A stretch of DNA of 64,000 nt, taken from NCBI RefSeq assembly GCF_009914755.1, contig NC_060939.1; one strand, 5' to 3'. Shown one piece after another: positions 53,581-64,000 of this stretch (positions are counted from its first letter, which is position 1; the number at the start of each line of letters is the position of its first letter). This stretch comes from the human T2T-CHM13v2.0 reference genome, Homo sapiens. The translations under genes and the position numbers were made by a program. Below the pieces are notes generated by a model that did no database searches, was not told the DNA's origin, and saw only the letters and a list, made by a program, of their open reading frames with translations.

Positions 53581-54369
53581 CTTCTTATCCATCACCTTGC
53601 ACTGGTATAACTTAGGGTAGCGCATTCGTAATTCCTTAAGTGGCACCTCTGTCCAGGGACCTAAAATGTGTGTGGCAACGCCCTGCCTGCTCGTGTTCTA
53701 TGGGGAAAGGGACAGGCTAAATGAAAACCTGTTTGCCAATCAGAGAGCCAGAATTTGGCTTTTGTGGGCACTCAACAACCTCTTCACATGTAAGTGTTTT
53801 GTCAGTTTACTCTGGAGTTATTGATTTGTGCAAGAGAAGTGGAATGGCCTAAGTGAAACCACTCCTCATCAGGCTCTGCTCTCACGAATCCTGAAGCTTT
53901 CCTCAGATCAGGGTGGGGAGTACCAAGACTTTCAAGCTAGAGTGTCCTCTTCATCTGGTGTAGAGATGGCCCGATGCATCTCAGTGGAAGGCCCCTTTCC
54001 ATAAGGTCAGCAGAAACTGGATACCTCAGCCTGTTCTCTGAGCTGTAGGTTGGAGGCCTGACTGACAGATAAAGTCACTCACAGGGGGAGAAAGCTCCTC
54101 AAGGTGAACGTGGTACAGTTACCTTAGGACATCCATTGATGGCTGTACTCTTTTATTTTGAAAGCTGGATCATGCAGAAATGTATCAAGTTATGGGGAGA
54201 TGGCCCCTGTCCAAGGCAGCAGGTGACCACTGGACAGCAAATTGCTTCCTTTAATATGAATCATTAAGCATTTTGGACTTCATTGTCATCAGTTATATAC
54301 TAAATTTTAAGAAATACTTTAAATATTTAAATTCTTTCATCCTCATAAATGGGAAAAATGGTTTTTAAA

Positions 54370-56947
54370 TTATTATTATACTTTAACTTCTGGGATACAT
54401 GTGCAGAACGTGCAGGTTTGTTACATAGGTATACACGTGCCATGGTGGTTTGCTGCACCTATCAACCCGTCATCTACATTAGGTATTTCTCCTAATGCTA
54501 TCCCTCCCCTATCCCCCAACCTTCCAACAGGCCCTGGTGTGTGATGTTCCCCTCCCTGTGTCCATGTGTCCTCACTGTTCAACTCCCACTTATGAGTGAG
54601 AACATGAGGCGTTTGGTTTTCTGTTCTTTTGTTAGTTTGCTGAGAATAATGGTTTCCAGCTTCATCCATGTCCCTGCAAAGGACATGAACTCATCCTTTT
54701 TATGGCTGCATAGTATTCCATGGTGTATATGTGCCACATTTTCTTTATCCAGTCTATCACTGATGGGCATTTGGGTTGGTTCCAAGTCTTTGCTGTTGTG
54801 AACAGTGCTGCAATAAACACACGTGTGTATGTGTCTTTATAGTAGAATGATTTATAATCCTTTGGGTATACACCCAGTAATGGGATTACTGGATCAAATA
54901 GTATTTCTGGTTCTAGATCCTTGAGAAATCACCACACTGTTTTCCACAATGGTTGAACTAATTTATACTCCCACCAACAGTGTAAAAGCATTCCTATTTC
55001 TCCACATCCTCTCTAGCATTTGTTGCTTCCTGACTTTTTAATGATCACCATTCAAACTGGCATGAGATGCTATCTCATTGTGGTTTTGATTTGCATTTCG
55101 CTAATGACGGGTGATGATGAGCCTTTTTTCATATGTTTATTGGCAGCAAAAATGTCTATTTTGAGAACCGTCTGCTCATATCCTTCGCCCACTTTTTGAT
55201 GGGGTTGTTTTTTTCTTATAAATTGGTTTAAGTTCTTTGTAGATTCTGGATATTAGCCCTTTGTCAGATGGATAGATTGCAAAAATTTTCTCCCATTCTG
55301 TAGGTTGCTGGTTTACTCTGATGATAGCTTATTTTGCGGTGCAGAAGTGTTTTAGTTTAATTAGATCCCATTTGTCAATTTTGGCTTCTGTTGCCATTGC
55401 TTTTGGTGTTTTAGTCATGAAGTCTTTGCCCATGTCTATGTCCTGAACGATATTGCCTGGGTTTTCTTCTAGGGTTTTTGTGGTTTTAGATCTAACATTT
55501 AAGTCTTTAATCCATCTTGAGTGAAGTTTTGCATAAGGTATAAGGAAGGGGTCCAGTTTCAGTTTTCTGCATATGGCTAGCCAATTTTCCTAACACTATT
55601 TATTAAATAGGGAATCCTTTCCCCATTGCTTGTTTTTGTCAGGTTTGTCAAAGATCAGATGGTTGTAGAAGTGGGGTGTTATTTCTGAGGCCTCTGTTCT
55701 GTTCCATTGGTCTATATATCTATTTTGGTAGCAGTACCATGCCGTTTTGGTTACTGTAGCCTTGTAGTATGGTTTGAAGTCAGGTAGTGTGATGCCTCCA
55801 GCTTTGTTCTTCTTGCTTAGGATTGTCTTGGCTATGCGGGCCCTTTTTTGTTCCATATGAAATTTAAAATAGTTTTTTCTAATTCTGTGAAGAAAGTCTT
55901 TGGTAGCTTGATGGGGATAGCATTAAATTTATAAATTACTTTGGGCAGTGTGGCCATTTTCACAGTATTTATTCTTCATATCTGTGAGCATGGAATGTTT
56001 TCCATTGGTTTGTGTCCTCTTATTTCCTTGAGCAGTGGTTGGTAGTTCTCCTTGAAGAGGTCTTTCGCATCCCTTGTAAGTTGGATTCCTAGGTATTTTT
56101 TTTTTGTAGCAGTTGTGAATGGGAGTTCACTCATGATTTGGCTCTCTGTTTGTCTCTTATTGGTGTATAGGAATGCTTGTGATTTTTGCACATTGATTTT
56201 TGTATCCTGAGACTGCTGAAGTTGCTTATCAGCTTAAGGAGGTTTTGGGCTGAAACGATGGGGTTTTCTAAATATGCAATCATGTCATCTGCAAACAGAG
56301 ACACTTTGACTTCCTCTCTTCCTGTTTGAATATGGTTTATTTCTCTTGCCTGATTGCCCTGGCCAGAACTTCCAATACTATGTTGAATAGGAGTGGTGAG
56401 AGAGGGTATCCTTGTCTTGTGCTGGTTTTGAAAGGGAATGCTTCCAGTTTTTGCCCATTCCATGTGATATTGGCTGTGTGTTTGTCATAAATAGCTTTTA
56501 TTATTTTGAGATACATTCCATCGATACCTAGTTTATTTAGTTTTTTAGCATACACGGGTGTTGAATTCTATAGAAGACCTTTGCTGCATCTATTGAGATA
56601 ATCATGTGTTTTTTGTCATTGGTTCTGTTTATGTGCTGGATTATGTTTATTGGTTTGCATATGTTGAACCAGCCTTGCATCCCAGGGGCGAAGACGACTT
56701 GATTGTGGTGGATAAAGCTTTTTGATATGCTGCTGGATTCGGTTTGCCAGTATTTTATTGAGGATATTCGTACCGATGTTCATCAGGGATATTGGCCTGA
56801 AATTTTCTTTTTTTGTTGTGTCTATGCCAGGTTTTGGTATCAGGATGATGGTGGCCTCATAAAATGAGTTAGAGGGGATTCTCTCTTTTTCCATTGTTTG
56901 GAATAGTTTCAGAAGGAATGGTACCAGCTCCCCTTTGTACCTCTGGT
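54370..56947 (-). mobile_element. 5'-truncated L1, L1PA7-like
   Basis: ORF2 remnants ([21 protein letters not shown]); PA7-type 3'UTR; TSD aaaaatggtttttaaa/aaaaaggttttcaaa. Confidence 0.95.
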
Positions 56948-57319
56948 AAAAAGGTTTTCAAACATCCTTCAAACTGAATTTATGATTTCCCTCCAGATAA
57001 AGAAAATAATTCAGGTTTGGAAAAAATATCTGAAATTTTCTTTATTTTAGTATTAAGTTAGAGTAGATAGAGAGAGATTTGTATCTCTCCTTTTTTAGTT
57101 CCTTGATTTCTTGTGATAAAATAAATTGCTCCAAAGAAAAACACAATAATCAATTAGCTATGTAACTATGTTACAGTTAACTACATAACTGCAGACAAAA
57201 CTGCTGCTATTGAGAGATAGAATACTAAGTTAAAAGATTTGCACCCAATGGTGGAAATCATTTCAAAACCTCAACAAATCAAATATTTCACCCTTAACCC
57301 AGATATTTCCTATATCTAG

Positions 57320-57525
57320 AATTGTATAGAGATGAATTTTAGAATCATTGGTTCTTCAAAATGAAAACGAACCTTGGCAAGCCCTTCATCCATTCCTGTG
57401 TTTACAGATGAGGCAACAAAGCCGCGAGAGGTTGTGTCTGCTCTCCTGCCATCGAGATGTTGTGTCTGCTCTCCTGCCATCGAGATGTTACGTGTGCTGG
57501 CTCTGAAACCTGGGATGGGGATAAC
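57320..57525 (-). mobile_element. MIR3/MIRc SINE
   Basis: tttacagatgaggcaacaaagccgcgagaggttgtgt core. Confidence 0.6.
57431..57486. repeat. Perfect 28-bp tandem duplication
   Basis: gttgtgtctgctctcctgccatcgagat occurs twice. Confidence 0.97.
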
Positions 57526-58016
57526 ACACCCCTCCTGTGACCCTCCATTTTTCAGCCACACATGGTTGAACCTGGAACGAGAGACAAAACCCCTGACCAA
57601 AGCAAACAACTGTGTGTCTTACACTTGTTTCCTTAATCCTGAAGGGGAAAACTGTCACTGTGTATTTTCTCTTTTTAGGGCCTCCAGTTTCTCCTCAATC
57701 TCAAAAATTCAGCAGTTTTAAAAGAAGCTCTTTCCTATGCCATGTTCAAGGCTAAGGCAGTGTCCATGTGGCCAGCTCACATTCTACCTTTCCCTTTGGC
57801 AGATGTCAAGAACAGTGTTTATGAGGATTCATTCCCTTTATTTGTTCACCACCCTGGGCTCAACTTGCCCATAGGATCACACCAGTTCCTTCTGCCGCTG
57901 AGAAGAGCTCACGGTTCTCTTGTTTCTCTCTGGCAAGACTCCATCGACTGACTCCCTCACTCCCTTACCCTCTCTGTTCCTTTCTTCCTTCCTTTTGCTC
58001 ATTTTCCTCCTTTTCT

Positions 58017-58104
58017 TCTTTTCTTCCCTTCCTCCATCTTTCCCTTCTTTCTTGTAAGTTTCTTTTCTTCCCTTCCTCCATCTCTCCCTTCTTTCTTGTA
58101 AGTT
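58017..58104. repeat. 44-bp tandem duplication (1 mismatch), pyrimidine-rich
   Basis: tcttttcttcccttcctccatct(t/c)tcccttctttcttgtaagtt occurs twice. Confidence 0.95.
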
Positions 58105-58699
58105 ATGCCCAGTCTCAAGTGTCTGAAATCTGAGGTGTATGAAATCTTCTCATCCCACATGTTAGTAGCTAGGGGGCTCCCTCACATTCCCCTCCACTTC
58201 CCCTCATGTTGGGTACGTTGGTAGCACAGTCTACCATCAACAGGACACCTGGCCAGTTTCTTTGCTGGAGATGTTGTAGCTTTCACTGTTAACTTGGTAA
58301 GCATTCTCCTAACAGTGTATTTACTACTTCCTAAAGGAATTGAGATTCCTTCAGTGGCCTCATAAGAACAATTTTTCTTCTAGGCCAACTATACCTTATT
58401 CTTCCCCTTTTTTTTCCTAACTGTGTCTGTGATGGCTGCTCTGATGAACAGACATGATTCTAGTACTGGGGGCCAAGCCATGACAACAATGTGTGGGTTC
58501 TCCATCAGCCCCACAAAACATTCATTTCATGAACAAGCATGAATTTTCTTCTTAGTGGCATTCGCTGCTTATGAGGGCAAATTTATCCTGGTTATTTCTT
58601 AGGGTAGAGATTTAAAAAAATTTTTTTTGTAGCATACAAAAATGTATTCCTGACATCTGCTGGCCTGGCCTCATCAATAAAGAATTTCAAAGTTAGGGG

Positions 58700-59100
58700 A
58701 CAGACGTGGAATGTTAGTCCTGTATACTGGTGAGTGTGCTTACCGTTGCTACAGACCCTCCGATGCAGTGAAAGGAAGATAGGCCACGAGCACTCTCCCA
58801 GCTGCATTTAAGAGATGATAGGTCTGTACCACAATAGCAAAAATGCTCAGATACTGTTGTGAGAATTTGATTATCTGAAGTCTGCCAGGAGGTACTGGGG
58901 AGTCTGAAAGTTGGCTGAGCTGGGGAGCCCAGGCTCCACCCATCACCTTCCAAGCAACTTCCTGAGCAGGGCGCTTCTGGGTGGGCTGCACTAGCAAAGC
59001 ACACAGACCATTTGCATGTCTTTGTTGTGCTGTTTGCATTTTGCACTTCACTACTTGCACCTGTAGCCAAAAGTAGAAGTTTATTAAAATACTCTCCAGC
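58700..59100. promoter_or_regulatory. Candidate POU/SOX enhancer element
   Basis: Perfect octamer ATTTGCAT (59010-59017), SOX CTTTGT (59020), second GTTTGCAT (59032), E-box CAGCTG (58799); repeat-free. Confidence 0.5.
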
Positions 59101-60039
59101 CACAACAGTCTTCCTCCTCAGGTTCCTTTTTCCCACATGACCATCTTCCCAGGCCAAGGCATTTTTTGGGGGGAAGCTCAAGGAGGAACTTAGTCTTCAA
59201 GACATGGGACTTTTCACTCTGAATCTTCTCCTTTGTGTTTGGAGCCCCTTCTTCTCATTTATATCCAGTAGCTTATGCCTGGTTGGGCACTCCTATCAAC
59301 TCTAACCAACCTCCCTTGATTTGCCTTTGTTGGGTAGGGAGAGTTAAGGGCTTGCCTCTAATTCACACAAACTCGCAGATGGGCATGGGTCTGATGGGAG
59401 GGAGTGTGATAAACCACCACATTTATACAGATACTCGCTCAGCATTTGAGAGCTGAGCATTTTTGTTTCCAAAGACCTCTTTCTAGAGGGAACGAGCACT
59501 GACTCCCATGGAGAGGAGTATTTTTCTTTAATATTTCTATGTCATCTCCAGCTACTTCTGGACCTATCTACAGATGGGCACCCCGTGAAGGGGGCCCCTC
59601 ACATAGCTCTCTCTCTGTTTGGATGAGTTTTTGAAACTCTTCTTAAAAGGAAATGTAGCTATATTTATCAAGTTATATTTATTTGCCACCCAAAACTAGT
59701 ATAAAATTATAAAAGTTGGAAATTATAATCAGTGTCACCATGATGCTTTTCACGTTTAGTGTATTTTGAATGAAAACATTTTTACATAGGAAGAGTAACT
59801 TTTTTCTGAAACAAACATCAGGATTAATGTTAAGTCAGTAAGGTAAAGTAACTGAAAATAGTTCTATTATGGAATATCTGAGATGTGTGTGGTTACCATA
59901 CACATATATATACACTCATAAAGCATGTTTGAACCTGCTTATATCCCAGTTCTGCAAAAAACAACAAAAACAATAGTCCAAACTTTTAAAATTCCTTATT
60001 TTTTAAATTTTAGAGTTGCTACTTAAAAATTAGTAGAAA

Positions 60040-60850
60040 GCTAAATCTTCTCTAAAACTTTTGGGCAAACTACTTAAACTCTTTGAGTCTCTGTTTATTT
60101 CTCTGCGGCTTGGGAATAATCATGCATCTTGCCTCACCAAGTTTTGGGGACCAAATGAGATAATATGTGAAAATGCTTTGAAATACAAATGTTAGTTGTT
60201 AGTGATGTATTTCCTTGGAGCATTAATTGGAAATAAGAGAGTCACCATGACCAGAACTGATTTTCCCTCTGCCCTAAGCAAAATATTCAGGCCATGAGTA
60301 AGGCTTTTATTGCAGTTGTGCTTCTCCTAAGGAAGTCTGGTGAGATATGTGTAAGGAAAGAACTGTTAACTTTTTACAGAAATGAAGCCTCGTCTGCATG
60401 GTTTTTATGCCTTGGAAAGATTGATTTTTTATTACTACAACATTAAGACTTGGGAACCAGAATCGGGACTTGGAGTCTAAAGCTTACTATTTCCCTTGGA
60501 CAAGTCATTGAATCTCTCTGACCTTAGTTTCCTCATCAGTAGAATGACACTGGGTTTAGTGTGAACCTTTCCAACTCCAGTATGGGATGGTTTTTGCTGA
60601 TCTATGGGAGGAAGGAGGGTAATGACAGTAAAACCTACATTACTGAGGCACTAAGTTGTGTACTTGTATTGACTCCTCACAACAACTCCCCTTGGCTAGT
60701 ACTACTATTACGTTCACTTTAAGGATGAGGAAACTAAGGTAAAGAGAGGTTAGATGACTTGGGCAAGCTCATGCAGTGAATAAGTGGTGGAGCCATGGTA
60801 TTCACCCAGGGTGTCTGAGTTTAGAGCTGGAAGTTTTAACCACATCCCAT
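60040..60850. mobile_element. Three MIR-family fragments (+ ~60040-60200, + ~60440-60590, - ~60620-60850)
   Basis: ttgggcaaactacttaaactct…; cttggacaagtcattgaatctctctgaccttagtttcctcatc; gatgaggaaactaagg…gaggttagatgactt. Confidence 0.8.
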
Positions 60851-61049
60851 GTTAAGATAATTATAATATACACTTTATCACTTAACTTACCCATTTAAAC
60901 TAATCTGTGAATACATTCTTATAAGAAATTGAAGTTTTCTGGGTAAAGCTAATATGATACCTGTTTGGTATTAATCCTTCCAAGTCTTTCTCTATATGGT
61001 TACAATAACATATGAACATCATAAACATATCTCGTATGTTTGTGGCATT

Positions 61050-63840
61050 TTTTTAAAAGTTTTATTTTTGGTTCAGGAGTACATGTGATGGTTTGTTACA
61101 GAGGTGAATGCGTGTCATGGGGGGGTTGTTGCACAGATTAATTCATCACCCAGGTATTAAGCCCGGTACCCAATAGTTATCTCTTCTCCTCCTCTCCCTC
61201 CTCCCAGCCTCCACCCTCTAGTGGACTCCAGTGTCTGTTGTTTCCTTCTTTGTGTTTGTAAGTTCTCATCATTTAACTCCCACTTATAAGTGAGAACATT
61301 TGGCATTTGATTTTCTGTTCCTGTGCTAGTTTGCTGAGGATAATAACCTCGAGCTCCATCCATGTTCCCACAAAAGACATTATCTCATTCTTTTTTGTGC
61401 CTGTATAGCATTCCACGGTGTTTCTTTACCTAACCTGTCATTGATGGGCATTTGATTCCATGTCTTTGCTATTGCGAATAGCACTGCAGTGAACATTCAC
61501 ATGCATGTGTCTTTATGGTAGAATAAGTTATATTTTTCTGAGTATAAACCCAGTAATAGGCAGCGTTGAATGGTTTTAACTGTTTGAGGAATTTAACATG
61601 GTTTTAACTCTTAGAGCATTTAACTCAGGGTTGAATGCTTTTAACTCTTTGAGGAATCGCCACACGGCTTTTCACAATGCTCGAACTACTTTACATTCCC
61701 ACCAACAGTGTGTAAGTGTTTCTTTTCTCTGCAACCTTGCTAGCATCTGTTATTTTTTGACTTTTTAATAATAGTCATTCTGACTGGCGTGAAATGGTAT
61801 TTTATTGTGGTATCTCCAGAACAAAGCTGGAGGCATCACATTACCTGACTTAACAGTATAATTGATTTGCATTTCTCTAATGATCTAATTTTTGCTTTTG
61901 TTGTGATTGCTTTTGGTGTCTTTGTCATGAAATCTTTGCCCATTCCTGTGTCCAAGATGGTATTGCCTAGGTTGTCGCCAGGGTTTTTATAGTTTTGGGT
62001 TTTATATTTAAGTCTTTAATCTGTCTTGAGTTGATTTTTATATATGGTATAAGGAAGCTTCAATCTTCTGCATATGGCTAGCCAGTTATCCCAGCACCAT
62101 TTATTGAATAGGGAGTCTTTTCTCCATTTCTTGTTTTTGTCAGCTTTGTTAAAGATCAGATGGTTGTAGGTGTGTGGCCTTATTTTTGGGCTCTCTATTC
62201 TATTCCATTGGTCTTTTTGCCTGTTTTTTTTTTTTTTTTACCAGTACCATGCTGTTTTGGTTACTGTAGCCCTGTATTATAGTTTTAAGTTGGGTAATGT
62301 GATGCCTCCATCTTTGTTCTTTTTGCCTAGGATTGCCTTGGCTATTTGGGCTCTTTTTTGGTTCCATATAAATTTTAAAATAGCTTTTTCTAGTTCTGTG
62401 AAGAATGTCAATTGTAGTTTGACAGGAATAACATTGAATTTATGGATTGCTTTGGGCAGTATGGCCATTTTAATAATATTGATTCTTCCTATCCATAAGC
62501 ATGGGATGTTTTCCATTTGTTTGTGTCTTCTCTGATTTCTTTGAGCAATGTTCTGTAATTCTTATTGTAGAGATCTTTCACATCCATGGTTAGTTGTATT
62601 CCTAGGTATTTTATTATTTTTTGTGGCAATTGTGAATGGGATTGCCTTCCTGATTTGGCTCTTGTCTTGGCTGTTATTGGTTTATAGGAATGTTAGTGAT
62701 TTTTGTACACTGATTTTGTATCCCAAAACTTTGCTGAAGTTGTTTATCAGCTAAAGGAGCTTTTTTGTCAGACAAAACTGTTTATCAGCCAAAGGCCAAG
62801 ACTATGGGGTTTTCTAGGTATGGAATCATGTCTTCTGCATACAGGGATAGTTTGATTTCCTCTCTTCCTATTTGGATACCTTTATTTCTTTCTCTTGCCT
62901 GATTGCTCTGGCTAGGACTTCCAATACGATGTTGAATAGGAGTGGATTGAGAGAGGGCATCCTTTTCTTGTGCCAGTGTTCAAGGGGAATGCTTCCAGCT
63001 TTTGCCCATTCAGTATGATAATGGCTGTGAGTTTGTCATAGATGGTTCTTAATATTTTGACATATGTTCCTTCAATGTCTAGTTTATTGAGAGTTTTTAA
63101 TACAAATGGGCGTTGAATTTTATCAAAAGCCTTTTCAGCATCTATTGAGATAATCATGTGGTTTTTGTCTTTAGTTCTGTTTATGTGATGAATTACATTT
63201 ATTGATTTGCGTATGTTAAAACAATCTTGCATGCCAGGGATGAAGCCTACTTGATTACGGTTGCTTAGCTTTTTTATGTGCTGCTGGATTTGGGTTGTAA
63301 GTATTTTGTTGAGGATTTTTATATAGATGTTCCTCAAGGGTATTGGCCTGAAGTTTCCTTTGTTTGTTTGTTTTTGTTTTGTCTTTGCCGGGTTTTGGTA
63401 TCAGGATGATGCTGGTCTCATGGAATGAGTTATGGAAGAGTCCCTCCTCCTCAGCTTTTTGGAATAGTTTCAGTAGGAATGACACCAGCTCTTCTTTGAA
63501 ACTCTGGTAGAATTCATCTCTGAATCCATCATGTCCTGGGCTTTTTTTGGTTGGTAGGCTACCAACGAAAGTGAATCTTACTGATTCGCTTTGAGAGCTC
63601 ATTATTGGCCTGTTCAGGGAATCAGTTTCTTCCTGGTTCTCGTTCAGTCTTGGGAGGGCATATGTGTCAAGGAATTTGTCCATCTCTTCTAGGTTTTCTA
63701 GTTTGTGCACAGAAGTGGTGATAATAGTTTCTGATAGTTATTTTTGTTTCTGTGGGGGTCAGTGGTACCATTTCCTTCATCATTTCTAATTGGGTTTATT
63801 TTGCTCTCTCTTTTCTGCTTTATTAATCTAGCTAGCAGTC
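61050..63840 (-). mobile_element. L1, L1PA13-15-like, internally rearranged and interrupted at 63841 by an LTR
   Basis: 3'UTR with acagattaattcatcacccaggtattaagcc; ORF2 remnants ([26 protein letters not shown]). Confidence 0.93.
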
Positions 63841-64000
63841 TGTATTCATCTGTTCTCACACTGCTATAAAGAAATACCAGAGACTGGGTAATTTATTTAA
63901 AAAAGAGGTTTCATTGGCTCATGGTTTTGCAGGCTGTATAGGAAGCATTACTGGAGAGGATTCAGGCAACTTACAATCATGACAGATGTTAAAGGAGCAG
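63841..64000 (-). mobile_element. MaLR LTR, MSTA-like (runs off the window)
   Basis: tgtatt…ttctcacactgctataaagaaatacc…gagactgggtaattt…aggctgtataggaagcat…acttacaatcatg. Confidence 0.85.

Noticed and set aside
57431-58104. Short direct repeats as a CRISPR-like array
   Set aside because: Only two adjacent copies each, no spacers, eukaryotic context.

Overview
This is primate genomic DNA, very probably human, judging from the AluJ/AluS copies, L1PA7-type LINEs and MLT2A/MSTA LTRs. It is intergenic or deep intronic. I found no supportable protein-coding exon, tRNA/rRNA gene or CRISPR array. Every ORF with a recognisable product is a decayed LINE-1 ORF1/ORF2 remnant, and the other ORFs are antisense repeat frames or chance. 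Much of the window is interspersed repeat: four large L1s, nine Alus, many MIR/L2 fragments, MaLR/ERVL/Gypsy solo LTRs and hAT elements, often nested. The repeat-free islands carry dense transcription-factor motif clusters: C/EBP-RUNX-MAF-ETS-STAT at ~7.9-8.3 kb, five GATA sites at ~19.4 kb, RUNX/PU.1 at ~52.6-53.1 kb, and an octamer+SOX element in a hairpin at ~59.0 kb. This suggests a multi-module distal enhancer cluster. From memory only, it resembles the 8q24.21 CCDC26/MYC distal enhancer region; this is unverified. The most unusual structural observations are one L1 copy (61.0-63.8 kb) with at least four templated-insertion scars, a ~230-bp non-TE dispersed duplication with exon-like signals, and a 5'-intact but 3'-truncated L1 nested in an older L1. 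I see no convincing new biological system. Repeat subfamily calls were made by eye and boundaries are approximate.
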